DNA from: Octopus sinensis
Lineage: Eukaryota
Reading direction: 5' to 3'
DNA: 64,000 nucleotides
NCBI RefSeq assembly: GCF_006345805.1
Contig: NC_043005.1
Location: forward strand, 28,954,001 to 29,018,000
In this document: positions 51,038-63,800 of the stretch, one piece after another
Position numbering within the stretch: the first letter of the stretch is position 1
How the letters are laid out: every line of letters starts with the position of its first letter
Program-made: the position numbers and the translations under genes
The notes under the pieces: model-generated
What the model saw: the letters and a program-made list of their open reading frames with translations, nothing else
The model's database searches: none
Told to the model about the DNA's origin: nothing

Positions 51038-51711
51038 TTTATTCAAGTTAACCCTTTCATATATAATGATGTCTTTTGTTAGAAATGAAAAGAGAAAACA
51101 GAAATAAGTGAGTCTTCAGTAAAAATGGCAACAGAGAAAATTATTATATAAACTATTTGCAGTTCTTGATCATTACTACATTAACCCTTTTGTTACCATA
51201 TTTCTGTTAAGATGCTCTGTGTTTCTTTCCATTATTTAAAATTTAACAAGAATTTAGTAAAATAACTTAGTTAACATTAAGTTGTTGTTAAGAACATAAA
51301 TTGTGACTAAGGTTTGGTGGAAGATTTTAATTCAAAACTTATGAAAACAAGACATTTGTACTACAGAGCCAGAGGCAGTTTCAGCTGGGTTGGAAATGAA
51401 AGGGTTAAAGGGAAAGTTATTAAATATTGACATCCATCAGTGACTACATTATTTATATTTGATAGATATTTGTCCTCATCTTTGTTGTTAACACGTTTTG
51501 GCTGATATACCCTCCAGCCTTTATCAAGTGTTTTGGGGAAATTTGAAACCTGGCATCTCATTCCTAAGGTATTTTTCGATATTATTATTATTCAGGTCAC
51601 TGCCTGGAATTAAACTTGGACTCTTGGGGTTAGTAGCCCGTGGTCTTAACCATTACGCCATATGCCCATGGGCAATTATGGAGTGAATTATAGGGCTTGG
51701 CATTACTACCT
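51036..51711 (-). repeat. Inverted segmental copy of 45066-45597 (SINE, unique spacer and MITE) with a ~120-bp insertion
   Basis: About 11 substitutions and 2 indels in ~520 bp; unique junction sequences are shared. Confidence 0.92.
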
Positions 51712-52582
51712 ATTGACTATATATTATTTTATCAACCCTGGAGGGAGATAAAATAAAGTTGATTTCAGCAGAATTTGAACCTAGAATGCAAAACATAGTT
51801 ATCTGACAATCACATTTTATGTATTGCAGTCAATAAAATGTTAAAAAAACAAACAAAAAACAGAGAGCTGTACTGTGGCAACCTGGTTAATGACACAGTT
51901 CACCTATATACACGTACAGTTGAATTATGTCAGTGACTAATTTATAGATGCACAATGAGAAAATGTTATGACACTTTAAAGTAAACAATATTGTCAAGAA
52001 ATAAAACAAAAGGTTGAATATAACAATATATATACACACACGTGTATATGTGTGTGTGTAGGTTAAATGGTCATCATGTCACATTCTTAATTTAATTGTT
52101 TTAGCTTCAACAGTTTCAGGTCAAGTCACTCGACAAACAAGTATAAACCAGAAATTCGCTCATTCATTCATTTTACATCTGTTTCTCCACACTAGTATGG
52201 GTTAGGTGAATATATAGATTCAAGCAGCATGTGCTATCTCTTCACCCATCATGTTTTGTATTATGTAACCTGACGGTCACTCAGGATGTTGTACCTGTTA
52301 TATATCCTGACATGCAACCACCCCAGACATGTTACAAGAGAAGTTCTGAAATGGTACATAATGAAGGGTGTCCAGCCAGTCTGTGGATTCTTAAGAATAA
52401 AACTATATCATTAACCATTTTGTTACCATATTTTTGTTGAAATAAACTGTCTTTGCTTCAATTAATATCGAAAGTAATGAAGTAATTTAGTAAAATAACC
52501 CTGATCTCATTAAGCTGGTAAATGGAACATAAATTAATATGAAATATTGATGGAATGCCTCAATTTACAACAAGACAATATC

Positions 52583-52820
52583 TATTTCTTTATTGCCCAC
52601 AGGGGGCTAAACATAGAGGGGACAAACAAGGTCAGACAAAGGGAATAAGTTGACTACATCGACCCCAGTGCGTAACTGGTACTTATTTAATCAACCCCAA
52701 CAGGATGAAAGGCAAAGTCGACCTTGGCGGAATTTGAACTCAGAATGTAATGGCAGACAAAATACCACTAAGCATTTCGCTCGGCATCCTAACGGTTCTG
52801 CTAGCTCACTGCCCTACAAG
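52583..52820 (-). mobile_element. tRNA-derived SINE with 11-bp TSD AAGACAATATC
   Basis: TSD at 52572-52582 and 52821-52831. Confidence 0.88.
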
Positions 52821-53369
52821 AAGACAATATCATTGAGCAGGGGTGGTCTTCAGTGGATTGGTAAACAGTTTTTTGTATACCATCATCATAACTTAATATC
52901 CAGTTTAACATGCTTGCATGGGTCGAATGAAATTTGTTGAGGCAGATATTCTATGGTTGGATGCTCTACCTGTTTCCAAGCAAAGTAATATTTCCCCAAA
53001 GGCCAGACATGTTTTCATGGAAGATTGGAAATGAACAACCTCACTTGGACGATGGCAACACTTGTTGAGACAAGGGCATACACAAATATATAGGCTTCTC
53101 TCAGTTAATGCCTATCAAATCCACTCACAAGGCTTTGGTCAGCCCAGGGCTATGATAAAAGTCATTTTCTAAGGTGCCACACAGTGGGACAGAACCTACA
53201 TGGTGTTGGGAAGCAAGCTTCTTATGCACACAGCTATACATCTGCTGAGGTTTATATATTTTAGTTTTGAATGTTAAAGTTTTGTTTTTTATCTTTCCAT
53301 TCAAAGGGCTCCTGGTAATATTTTATTTAATATCCACCAAATCACAAAATCAAACTGATTGGGAACACT

Positions 53370-54110
53370 TATCTTACCATATTCCTATTGAAATACATTA
53401 TCTCTCTTTCAATTAATTTTGATAACAATGAAGAATTTAGTAAAGTAACCGTGTCATCATTAAGTTGGTGTTTGGAACATAAATTAACATGAAATTTTAA
53501 AGGAAGTTTTAGTAAAGCCTTTTGGTATCAACTTGAGACAGCCCCTGGGACTATGAAGGAAACTTCCTGTTTAAAGTGATCTAAATTAAAATCTTGCACC
53601 AAAGTTTCATGTTAATTTATGTTTCAAACAACTTAATAAGGACAAAGTTGGAGTAAAGATTATTTGCCTTACCAGCACGTGTGAAACAACATTCAAGCGT
53701 GGTCATTGCCAAACCACCTGACTGGCCCTCGTGACATTGGCATGTAAAAGCACCCACTACACTCTCTGAGTGGTTGGCATTAGGAAGGGCATCCAGCTGT
53801 AGAAACTTTGCCAGATCAGATTGAGCCTGGTGCAGCCTTCTGGCTCACCAGTCCTCAGCCAAACCGTCCAACCCATGCCAGCATGGAAAGCGGATGTTAA
53901 ACGATGATAATGATGATGATAATATGGCAGTCCTGGTTTAGGATGAATGTTGCTGTAATTTAGCCCTAGGAGACATTAGACTCCAAAGTATTGATGCTTA
54001 ATAACTCTTGTGAAATTTACAAATAGTAAGTTATTTTACTAAATTCTTGTTTTCAAAATTAATTGAAGTAAAGGAAGTGTATTTCAACAATACAGTGACA
54101 AAAGGGTTAC
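53370..54110. mobile_element. Long-TIR piggyBac-type MITE interrupted by an RTE-tail element (~53650-53920, + strand)
   Basis: Left arm 53375-53500 is complementary to 53600-53650 plus 54025-54110. Confidence 0.6.
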
Positions 54111-54221
54111 AGGAAGAAGTTTACCTTGAAGAACAAGGGACAGTGTCAGGTATGAAAAGGGTTAAACACAAACAGATACATGAAATAAACTACAAATGGG
54201 AATTCCTAAAAGTGTTCTTAC

Positions 54222-54335
54222 CTTGAGGAAAAATGGTTTAAATTTTGACTCTGATAATTTCATCACCAAACTGATGATGCCTTTAATAATTTCTCCTTCA
54301 ATAGCATCAACATCCACATTGTCTACTTTGCTAGC
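54222..54335 (-). CDS. HEATR1: HEATR1 exon (ASKVDNVDVDAIEGEIIKGIISLVMKLSESKFKPFFLK), 114 nt
   Basis: CTTTTCACTAG acceptor and AAG|GTAAGA donor; V.KLSE..F(R/K)P.F.K, the BP28CT hallmark. Confidence 0.96.
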
Positions 54336-54998
54336 CTAGTGAAAAGATAAAATGAACAGTTTAACAAAGGGATAGTCAGTGAACATGTTTACAAACATGA
54401 TGGTCAATAAATAGGTGAGATAACTGTTGTTATTAAACAGGTGACAAATAATTGTAATTGAATATGGAGAATTCGGTTAACATAATGAAAATAGTGAAAA
54501 ACAAAATGTATGACAGTTCTGTTGAACTGAGAATACACACACACCATTATTGTCAGTTTAATGTCTATTTTCCATGCATGGGTAAAATGGAATTTGTTGA
54601 GACAGCTTTTCTATGGCTGGATGTCTTTCTCATCACCTGCTACAAAGCAACGTAATACTTCCTAATGGCCAGACACATTTGGAAGATTGCAAACAGATGA
54701 CACTGCTTCTATGACAGCAACACTTCTTTACAACAATTGCAAAATGTCAAGACACACAGACATGCGACAGGCTTCTTTCAGTTTCTGTCAACCAAATCCA
54801 CTCACAAAACGTTGGTTGACCTAAGGCTATAGTAGAAGACACTTGCCTAAGGTGCCACAGACTGGGACTGAACCCAAAACCAAGTGGGTGGAAAGTAAGA
54901 TTTTTAACCACACGACCATATATATGTGTGTGTTTGTGTGTATTTACATGTACACACACACACACACAGAAAAAAGGCAAACAACAGCAGTGACTCAC

Positions 54999-55133
54999 CT
55001 TACACTGAAGTCGGAATTCAAGACCTGTGAGGAAAAACTGTTCCAACTGGAGGAATTGGTTGTTGACTTCTTCTTTGGTTATTGAGTTTGTGATATGGTC
55101 AGAAAGAATGGCCATCAAACAGGAAATATAAGA
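54999..55133 (-). CDS. HEATR1: HEATR1 exon (SYISCLMAILSDHI...QFFLTGLEFRLQCK), 135 nt
   Basis: TTTTTCAG acceptor and AAG|GTGAGT donor; FFL..L(D/E)FR motif at the start of the BP28CT region. Confidence 0.93.
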
Positions 55134-55296
55134 CTGAAAAATACAATAAACAAGAGGAAGTAAGTAACTGAGAAGGAGTTCAACCCCTAAGCCTATAACA
55201 AAATGTAGGTGTTGTATTTGTGGCACTGAATTGAACATAATGTAATTCAGCTGTTAGCAGAAATTGCCAGATTCTCTGTGAATGGTATCTGGTAGA

Positions 55297-55340
55297 CTAG
55301 AATCTTATTCTGAAGGACCTAGAATCTTATTCTGAAGGAC
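55297..55340 (+). repeat. Perfect 22-bp tandem duplication
   Basis: CTAGAATCTTATTCTGAAGGAC twice. Confidence 0.95.
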
Positions 55341-56506
55341 ATTTCCACAACTGCCAAACACTACTGAATCTAGAAGTGTTGGTTTTATAAGTTATCTTTA
55401 GACTCTTTAGAGACATTCTTATTTTGCACATTGTCTTTAGATTTCATTTCAAAATAGAAATTAACCCGTTAACATTTAAACCAGCTATATCTGATCAAAA
55501 TTTTGTATCAGTTTCATGTTCAAACTGGCCAGATTCAGCCTTTCACACTTATCCTACAATATCATACTAAAAATAAACAATTACATCATTGAAACCTCAA
55601 AGCTACAAGATAATACAAGATTAATTCAAATAAACATTACATTTGACAGAGTAATCTAAATGCTGAAGTGTTAATATGTAATTAAGCTCAATTTGGGTTA
55701 TAAGCCACACAAACTAGAAAGCTATATGGAACAGAATAAAAGACAAGATATGTGACCCAGATATGATAAACTCATTATCATTGACATCATAACATCTACT
55801 TTTCCATGCTTGCATGGGTCCCACAGAATTCACTGAGGTAGATTTTCTGTGGTTGGATGCTCTTCCTGTCACCAATCTTAATTTGTTTCCTAGCAAGAGA
55901 ATGTGATATAATGATCAAATCAATCCAGACAATGAAGCCAGTCGTCTTGATGCAATCACACACAAATACTGGGCTCACTACAATTGACAGTCTCACCAAT
56001 GTGTGACCTTGTAGCTATGTTTGAAATCTTAATTGTTTTAGCAAACAATTAGTTCCACTTCTTACTTCACTGTTGCCCCTACCATCTAAACACTTGCCCC
56101 AAGTTTTCCTTCCCAGAACTGCAACTCTCATGTTTTCTTTGTCAACTATGATGAGCTTGTGATGCTGTTCTTGGGAAAATCTGAAAATCTTTATGCCATA
56201 TTCAACATGTAAGAGTGCAATCAGACATGAGAAGACCTGCTGCTGTGGAACTAATCTTGGGAAAGAATTTCTCTCTTGGACATACATAAAAACACAAGAT
56301 GCTATGTTTGTAGATTTTCCAAGAACTTCTCTTCTTTGGATTGAATAACTAAACCAAAAGGCTTGACTAATTTCGGATGAGAAATTCTGAGGCAAAAGGC
56401 TTCTTTATAGCCAGGATAACTCATTCAAGAATAAAATATTTTGTAGAGTAGAGGTTGAACTAGACAAAGAAATCTACAGCATTCTGGATAAAATAGATTT
56501 TCTCAC

Positions 56507-56591
56507 CTTATTTTTAAGCAAATAGCTCGTATATTGTTTAGTAATAACGGTGACCAATATCCGTGATTGAACTTTGGAAGCTATCACTGCA
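56507..56591 (-). CDS. HEATR1: HEATR1 exon (S-AVIASKVQSRILVTVITKQYTSYLLKNK), 85 nt
   Basis: TAATTTCAG acceptor and AAG|GTGAGA donor; aligns to the TLATTLAPRVLLPAI region; phase 2 to phase 0. Confidence 0.88.
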
Positions 56592-56926
56592 CTGAAATTA
56601 AACAACAACAACAGTGTTAGAAAACATGGTTACAGATGTGGGTGGCTAAATGCCAAGTTTAGGAAACAATTTAAATACATGGTAAACATTTTGAAACCCT
56701 CAAATGACTTAAATCAATCACCATCACCAACATTAACATCATCATCATGAATATTTCTCTATGCTGCTATCACTTAAGTCTTCCATATGATATTATCTTG
56801 GTCTTTCATCATCTCTTCTGTGACATCTAGAACACTCAGACCGACGTTATTGATCCTCAATCAGTGTAGAATGAAAGAAATAAGGGCAGTTATTAGCGTG
56901 GAGAAAAAAACCCCCAAAAAACTCAC

Positions 56927-56994
56927 CTCACACTTTTTAATCTCAGAGCTAAGTTTGGTATATTAATATCTTCTTCACACGACAAACAGCAGAT
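56927..56994 (-). CDS. HEATR1: HEATR1 exon (ICCLSCEEDINIPNLALRLKSV), 68 nt
   Basis: CTCCCTCCAG acceptor and AG|GTGAGT donor; phase 0 to phase 2 fits neighbouring exons. Confidence 0.85.
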
Positions 56995-58039
56995 CTGGAG
57001 GGAGAAATAGAGAGAACAGTAGCTTATTTCAACCAAAGGGAATGTTATTAGGATAATGAATGGTTAAATTATAGAGTGGTTGTTAGTGCAGTAGAGTTGG
57101 TAAAGCAGTTATTGTTATAAAGATGGGGAATAACAGAATTTTTTAGAATGGTAGGCAAATGGTCAAATCCCACCAATGTACATTTTGCCTTTTATCCCCA
57201 CCCCCACTGGTCAATAAATAACTCCCTGGTAAGGAATAGTTTTCTTATTTTATTTTGTGACTCAAAGGACAAAAGACAGCACCAATCAACCCTGTTAGGG
57301 TCTTATTCTTCCACAGATTCTATACTCTTTGGATAGTCAGCAATTCTTTATACACCTCTAATGCTTCTTAAGCATCACATACCTGTTCTGGCAGTCTAAT
57401 ACTTTTTCCTAATATTATTTGCTAATACTTAGTTTTTCTCTAATCTCATTTCTACTCTGTAGTTCACACACACTAACATTGCACATCCAGTGGAGCATGC
57501 TTGGTTCATTCTTTTCTAGTCCTTGCAGGTTTTCTGAATTCAGGGCCCATGTCTTACTATAATGCAACACCATAATTCATAATCAAATATGTTACAATCT
57601 GCTTAGCAGTAGAGATACTTGTAATATCTTCTTGAACTTTCTCCAACCATTCTCACTCTGGCTGCTATATTTGCAGAACATCCATCCCCACTGCTAATTA
57701 GGTCTCTTAGGCAACAGAACCTATCAAAGCACTTGAGAGAATCTGACAAATTTTTCTGCTTTGTAAGGGTAATTTATTCAATATTCCTGCATTTGAAAAT
57801 AAATTATCATCTTATTTATGCTCTTAGTGTTTATTGCTTCAGTGCCAGCACTACCCTGTCTGTAATTCCACTAAACCTCTCCAGCCCAACAATTTATGCT
57901 GAGTACATCGTACAGAATTTCTATCAACTCCTTTTCTGCTAATTGAGTAAGTTTGCTTCTCTGGTGGTAGCAAAGCCTGGTCTTCTATCTTGCATTTGAC
58001 CAATGCAAGCATTTAAAAGTGAACATCAAAACAAGGATG

Positions 58040-58490
58040 ATGATAACAATCATCATCATCATTGTCATCGTTTAACGTCCACTTTCCATGCTGGCACGGG
58101 TTGGACAGTTTGACTGAGGACTGGTGAGCCAGAAGGCTGCACCAGGCTCCAAACTGATCTGGCAAAATTTCTACAGCTGGATGCCCTTCCTAATGCCAAC
58201 CACACCAAGAGTGTAGTGGAGGCTTTTATATGCCACCGACATGAAGGCCAGTCAGGCAGTACTGGCAATGACCACACTCAAAAGGCGTTTTATGTGCCAC
58301 CTGCATGGGAGCCAGTCTGGTGGCACTGGCAATGACCATGCTTGAATCTTGCTTTTGATGTGCCAGTAAGGTGACGATGGCAATGATCACGCTCGAATGG
58401 TACTTTCTATGTACCACTGGCACAGGAGCCAGTTAGTGGCCCTGGCAATGATCACGTTTGGATGGTGCTTTTAACGTTCCATGGTGATGA
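58040..58490 (-). mobile_element. RTE 3'-tail element with 4-5 internal units
   Basis: Family motifs. Confidence 0.82.
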
Positions 58491-59867
58491 AAAAGAGCTT
58501 TGAGAACTAAGTCAGATGTATATAGGGTTTTTCATAGAGATGCGGTTTTAAACTCATCTGTTAGAGCATGGTAAACTACAATAAATAAAAGGGGATTAAG
58601 AATTCAACCCTGATACCAGTACTCTAAATTCATCACTGTAGTCATTGCTGACTGTGCCTCTGTACATGATTTGTACAGCTCTCAAAAACCATTCATCTAC
58701 CCTCAGCTTCCTCAGTGACCACCTAAATCACAGACAATGAAAATCTGTCAAAGGCCTTCTTCAGCTCAACAAATGCCAGATATAGCGTCTTACTCTTGAC
58801 TAAGTACTTCTCCTTAGTTGTCTCATTAGGAAAATGGCAACAATATGACTTCTTCCTGGCACAAAACCAAACTGCATTTTATCTAAATTAATTCTCGCCC
58901 TAAATCAATTGGATTATGACTCTTTCCATAATCTTCATAACCAAGTCCAATAATGCTTATACCTCTGTAATTTCCTCTATTTAGCAGTGTTTGCCTCTGT
59001 ACCAGTTGACAATGATATTGCCATACCAGTCATTAGATATAACACCTTCACGTACTTCTGGACAGGCTATGTGGGTGACTAGCTCAAACCCTAGTCTGCC
59101 AGGCATTTTTAAGTATCACAACAGTAAGTCTTGACTGACCAGATGCTTTATTTGCCTTCATATCCTTAATTACAATAATATATGAGGCGTTTAGTAACAG
59201 AGTATTGTAAGCACCATCCTGGCCATTTTTGAGGTTAGTATATAATTTTTTTGTCTTGATGCCTAGAATCTGAAAAAGTTGGAAGGAAGAATTGGTGAGG
59301 TCAAAAATCCAGCTGAAAAAAATTGTACCTTGACACTATTGACGTGACACTCGTTCACCCAAACTCGCACAAGAGAGTTTAGTATCGTTTTTTTGAGGTG
59401 TTACGGTTTATTTTCTAATATTTCTCGTTACCATCGTAACGATAATGGGCTAATATCTTACTATCTTGTCATATTTACCTTGGGTATATTAAAACACAAA
59501 CAATACCTTTGTGGGGTCTCTGTATGTTTTTTCTAGGTATTATGGCTAAAATATGCAATGCGATACACAGTTTCATAATACCAGTATATTCTATAAAATG
59601 AGAAAGACATAGTCACTGTTTCATTTTTCATTGAGGTAGATTTTCTAAGGCTTGGTACCAATCCTTACTTGTTCCCATGCAAAATAATATTCCTTATGAT
59701 TAGAAATATTTTCACAGAAGATTGGAAACAAATAACACTGCTTGCATGGTCAGTGACATTTATTTACAACAATCACATAATGTTAAGAAAACAAGCACAC
59801 ACACACACACACACACTTGGTAGATTCTTGTTAATACAAGAGATTCCAAGTATTTAAGAAAACTTAC

Positions 59868-59967
59868 ATAATCCAGAATATTTCCAATGTAGGGAGAGAG
59901 AAATACAGAATGGTACTGAAGCAGGCGCTGTAGAGAGGTGACAGTACTCAGTAACAGCAATGTGTTT
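59868..59967 (-). CDS. HEATR1: HEATR1 exon (NTLLLLSTVTSLQRLLQYHSVFLSPYIGNILDY), 100 nt
   Basis: Poly-T CCAG acceptor and TAT|GTAAGT donor; F(L/I)SPY motif; phase 2 to phase 0. Confidence 0.93.
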
Positions 59968-60287
59968 CTGGAAAAAAAAAATATATATATATATATAAAC
60001 ATGCAACCATATGCTAAGTGTGTACTCAATAATATAAAGCATGTAGAGAGCTATGTTCAATGTGCATCCAATAATATAAAGCAGTAGAGTTATGTCGATT
60101 GTGCATCCAAATGTGTCAACTTGTTATATGAAAAACTTTTGTCTTAAATAAAAACAAAAGAAAATAGTCCTTTACACATGCAGTCAGTATTTGCATACAT
60201 TTTGTATTATTAATTATCAACTCTGAGAGAGAGAGAAACAGATACAAAGAAAGAAAAATTTGAAAAGCATTTCATAAAATTTGTTAC

Positions 60288-60472
60288 CTGAGGAGAAAAT
60301 CTCTTTTATCCAACAAATTCATGACAATAGGCATCAATGTTGGAATTTGTTTCAGTACAATGGGGTCTTCAAATGGTGTGCTACAGATTTCACCAATACA
60401 GAGCAAGGAACAGGCCATCAGTTGTGGACTGTCTTCACGTTGTCTTAATATTTGTATTGAGACTAATAATGT
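60288..60472 (-). CDS. HEATR1: HEATR1 exon (TLLVSIQIL...ACSLLCIGEICST...QIPTLMP...DFLL-R), 185 nt
   Basis: TTGCAG acceptor and AG|GTAACA donor; homologous to the SALLCIAEV...QLPSLMP region. Confidence 0.92.
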
Positions 60473-61588
60473 CTGCAAGATAGAAGTAAAAGAAAATGGT
60501 TCAACCGTTCTGTGATTACATTTATAACTAAGATACATTAGGTGATCAGAATTCACTGCTCATGTGTGACCAATTTGATCACACTGGTTCTGTGTGATCA
60601 ACCAGAGCACACAATACTTAACCATAATATACAGCTGGATTAGAAAATGGTTTCACTGGTATAAACACAAAGGCTTTTGGAAAACATTATAAAGGGTTAT
60701 ACATAAAAATATGGACTTCTTACCTCGAAATTTCTTTCATCTTTCATTCATTATAATTAGAAGGGTTTAATGAAATTAGAGTGGAAACTTCAATTTACAT
60801 GTGAACTCTTTAACAGGAATAGTTTTCAGTTGGTGGATTGGTAACATGATACTAGGGTCACTCTCGAGTAGGTTGGCAACATGGCACCAGGAGGTGGTGG
60901 TGGTGGTTGTTGGGTAGGGTGGCAACCTGGTAGCAAGGGTGGGCTTGTGTTGGGCAATAAAAGGGTAGCAGAAATGATAACTAAATAGAAAGTTGTTGTC
61001 ATAAGACTAAGAGTTCACAACCTAGGTGTTCACTTGATTGATCATTTAGCTGTGATGTCTTACAGATGGATAGATATGATGCGGAGAGAGATATAGTTAG
61101 AGGACATATGCATGAAGATCTAGCCCGCTGCAACAATCTGTGACACCTGTATTGCATGTGGCATTAATTTATGCAAGACTTGTTTATAGCCTTGCTTCAA
61201 AATTTGCAACTGCAAGTCAGTATGTCTCTAAGAAAACTGGTTCAGCACCAGTAAGGCTACTACAATTCAATCAGGTAACTACTTACCACTAATGTTGTTC
61301 GTGTGTCAATAATGCAGCTAATGCACAATTAAAGAGGCCACACTTCCAATAATGCAACAAGTGCTCTGGTAACATAGCTACTGCACCAACAGCAATGCAG
61401 TTACTGCACCAGTAACAATGCAGTATATGTCTCAATAAAACATACTGAAAATAACATCAAGAAAATACAAATACTACAGTAGATATTTGTCCTGGTGTTA
61501 GGGAAACTATCCAAAAGTGGCCAATCCTTCAGACTCAGGCAATTACCCAGCTTTTCAGTGAATATATTAATAAAATATTACTAGTCAC

Positions 61589-61759
61589 CTTATTCAGTTC
61601 GGTTGCTCCATCACATGTGAGATGACGACACAGTAACTTCAACGAATACATTGCTGTTTGGCAGATTACAATACAAGAATCATCCATTGAGTTCTCTGTG
61701 ACTATCTTCTTTTCAACAATGTCTGTTAGTTTTGTTACCAATGGCAACAACATACTGTG
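61589..61759 (-). CDS. HEATR1: HEATR1/UTP10 internal exon (HSMLLPLVTKL...CQTAMYSLKLLCRHLTCDGATELNK), 171 nt; most upstream exon found in the window
   Basis: TTTTATTTTAG acceptor and AAG|GTGACT donor; QTA(M/L)Y.LKLLC motif as in HEATR1; phase 0 to phase 0. Confidence 0.9.
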
Positions 61760-62024
61760 CTAAAATAAAAGAAAGAAAAATATTAGAGATTAATTACAAG
61801 AAGTAAAATGATGCTAAATCTTCATTAATTTCTGTTTCAAACAAAACACTTTGTATTTATAGTCAAAGTAGCAGGAGATTGCGAGATCTCAATGCTTTCT
61901 TTAATTCTTCTGATACCAGCCTGCTTGAGACCAACCCTAGTTCTATGACATAAAACTTCCTGCTTTAAAATGAGCTAAATTAAAACTTCCATCAAAATTT
62001 TGTATCAAGTCCCAAACACCAGAT

Positions 62025-62720
62025 TCATCATCATCATCGTTTAACATCTACCTTCCATACTGGTATGGCTGGGACAGTTTGACAAGAGCCAGCCAGGCAG
62101 AAACCTGCACCAGACTTCTGTAACTGCTTTGACAGGATTTTTACAGCTGGATGCCCTTCCTAACACCAACCACTCAGCAGAGGGGACCTAGTGCTTTTTA
62201 CAGCTGGATGCCCTTCTTAACAGCAACCACTTTACAGTGTGGACTGGGTGTTTTTAAGTGATACCTGCATTGACAGGGTCACCAAGTACTTTCAAGACAA
62301 AAAGAAAAAACAAACCAAAAAACGATTTTGAGAGGGGAGAGGGCATTGGAGGAGGCGATCTTGTGTCAGATGATGAAAGGTTACAGTGAAGCAGAGAGAC
62401 AGAAACAGGTGTTTTACTGTGGAGGAGGTACAAGGTTACCCAGAGAGAGAGAGATCAAAGGAAATACATGGTTACCAAACCTGAGGGAAGTGCAGGAGGA
62501 GCGAAAGAGACAGCAGGACAGAGATGGCGGCAAAGTGCTGGACATATGCAATGATACAGTGAGACAGCATGGGTGGAACACACAAGTTAGAAGCTAGCAG
62601 AAAGCAAATCACACAGGGGCCAAGAGGACAGGATTGGGGAGTGGGAAATAAGACTAGCGCATGAAGTGGAAATGTGAGGAAGAGAAGAGATGTAGAGATG
62701 CAGTTTGGTTTGTTGTAGTA
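62025..62720 (-). mobile_element. RTE-tail-related element with a purine-rich extension
   Basis: (CAT)n start, family motifs, then AG-rich block; similar blocks near 3170, 24700 and 29130. Confidence 0.65.
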
Positions 62721-63291
62721 GAGTGTGTGAGAAATTTCTTGTTAAGTGAGGGTGGGACACACAGTGCTTCTAGAACTCAATTTCGCTGAACGTGGGCAGG
62801 TATTCTCAAGAACTTCATATTGCCATGACAAATTTATTTTAACAAATCCTTTGTTATTTTCAAAATGAACTGGCACAAAAATAGTGTTTTTATACTGAAA
62901 TATAATAACAGAAGGTTTAAGAGGACTACAAATAAACATGAAGTGAATAGTTAGAACCTAACAATTTTACCTCACCAGAAAGGAGAACTGACTTAGAGAC
63001 ATGTTTAAAGATGAAACATTCATTACATAATTTGTATAAAATGTTCCCTTTTTGATGCTTATCAAACTAAAGCTACAAACCCAGGCATACACTTGCAATA
63101 GTCAAGCAATGCCCATCCATTATGATAACCAAGTCTGGGCTGTTCATTGTTTGACAGACTGGGGGTTTATTACCTTTCAAAACAAGTGAGGGCAGAGACC
63201 CAGAAGGACACCCAGCCATAGAAAACTCTGCTCTAACATAACCTCATCTGATCCATGCAAGCAGAGAAAAGTGGACATGATGATGACAATT

Positions 63292-63800
63292 GTATATATA
63301 CGTATGTGTGTGTGTGTATGTATGTATGTATATATGTGTGTGTATATATATATATATATGATGGCTGCCCTCTCGTTATCGAGTATGGCCATTGCATGAG
63401 GCTTAACTGTTAACGGTGATGTGATCAAACATGACTTTTTAGCCCAGCTAAAGATCTACAATGTCCTGTACAGAATTGGTAGTTAAAACTTTTACCGGCA
63501 ATAGCCAGCTGTAGTTGTAACTGGGCTTCATGTACCTTTGCATGTTGTTTAAGTCCTCTCGCGAAATTATGCTCCCTTCTACATGTCTGACAGATATGAT
63601 TAGTATGGTGTGTAGCACTACCACCAGCGGCCTGGTTGTCAATTATCGGTCTCGCTTTATGACTGAAGATGACACTTGAGTCCAGCTTTACTGAGGTAGG
63701 GTCTTACACAGACACTGCATGTCAACATCATAGGAAGACCCTTATCATCTGGAAGTGCAACAGCAATGCCCTACCTGACATACCTCCTTACTTTCTCATG
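63292..63800 (-). mobile_element. LINE (probably RTE-clade) 3' end encoding three decayed C2H2 zinc fingers
   Basis: CSVC-x12-HLQ[fs]H; CQTC-x12-HAKVH; YQFC-x12-HV*SH; short 3'UTR ending GCAGCCATC followed by a TA/TG microsatellite. Confidence 0.75.

Noticed and set aside
56015-56395. 126-aa minus-strand ORF inside HEATR1
   Set aside because: No HEATR1 similarity; the flanking exons 56507 and 55133 already join in phase.
61135-61235. Cys-rich peptide (CDTCIACGINLCKTCL*PCF) resembling a piggyBac C-terminal domain
   Set aside because: Short, contains a stop, and no transposase core nearby.
62970-63075. Possible further HEATR1 exon (AG...GT bounded on -)
   Set aside because: Translation does not resemble the expected upstream HEATR1 sequence; the next exon probably lies beyond the window.
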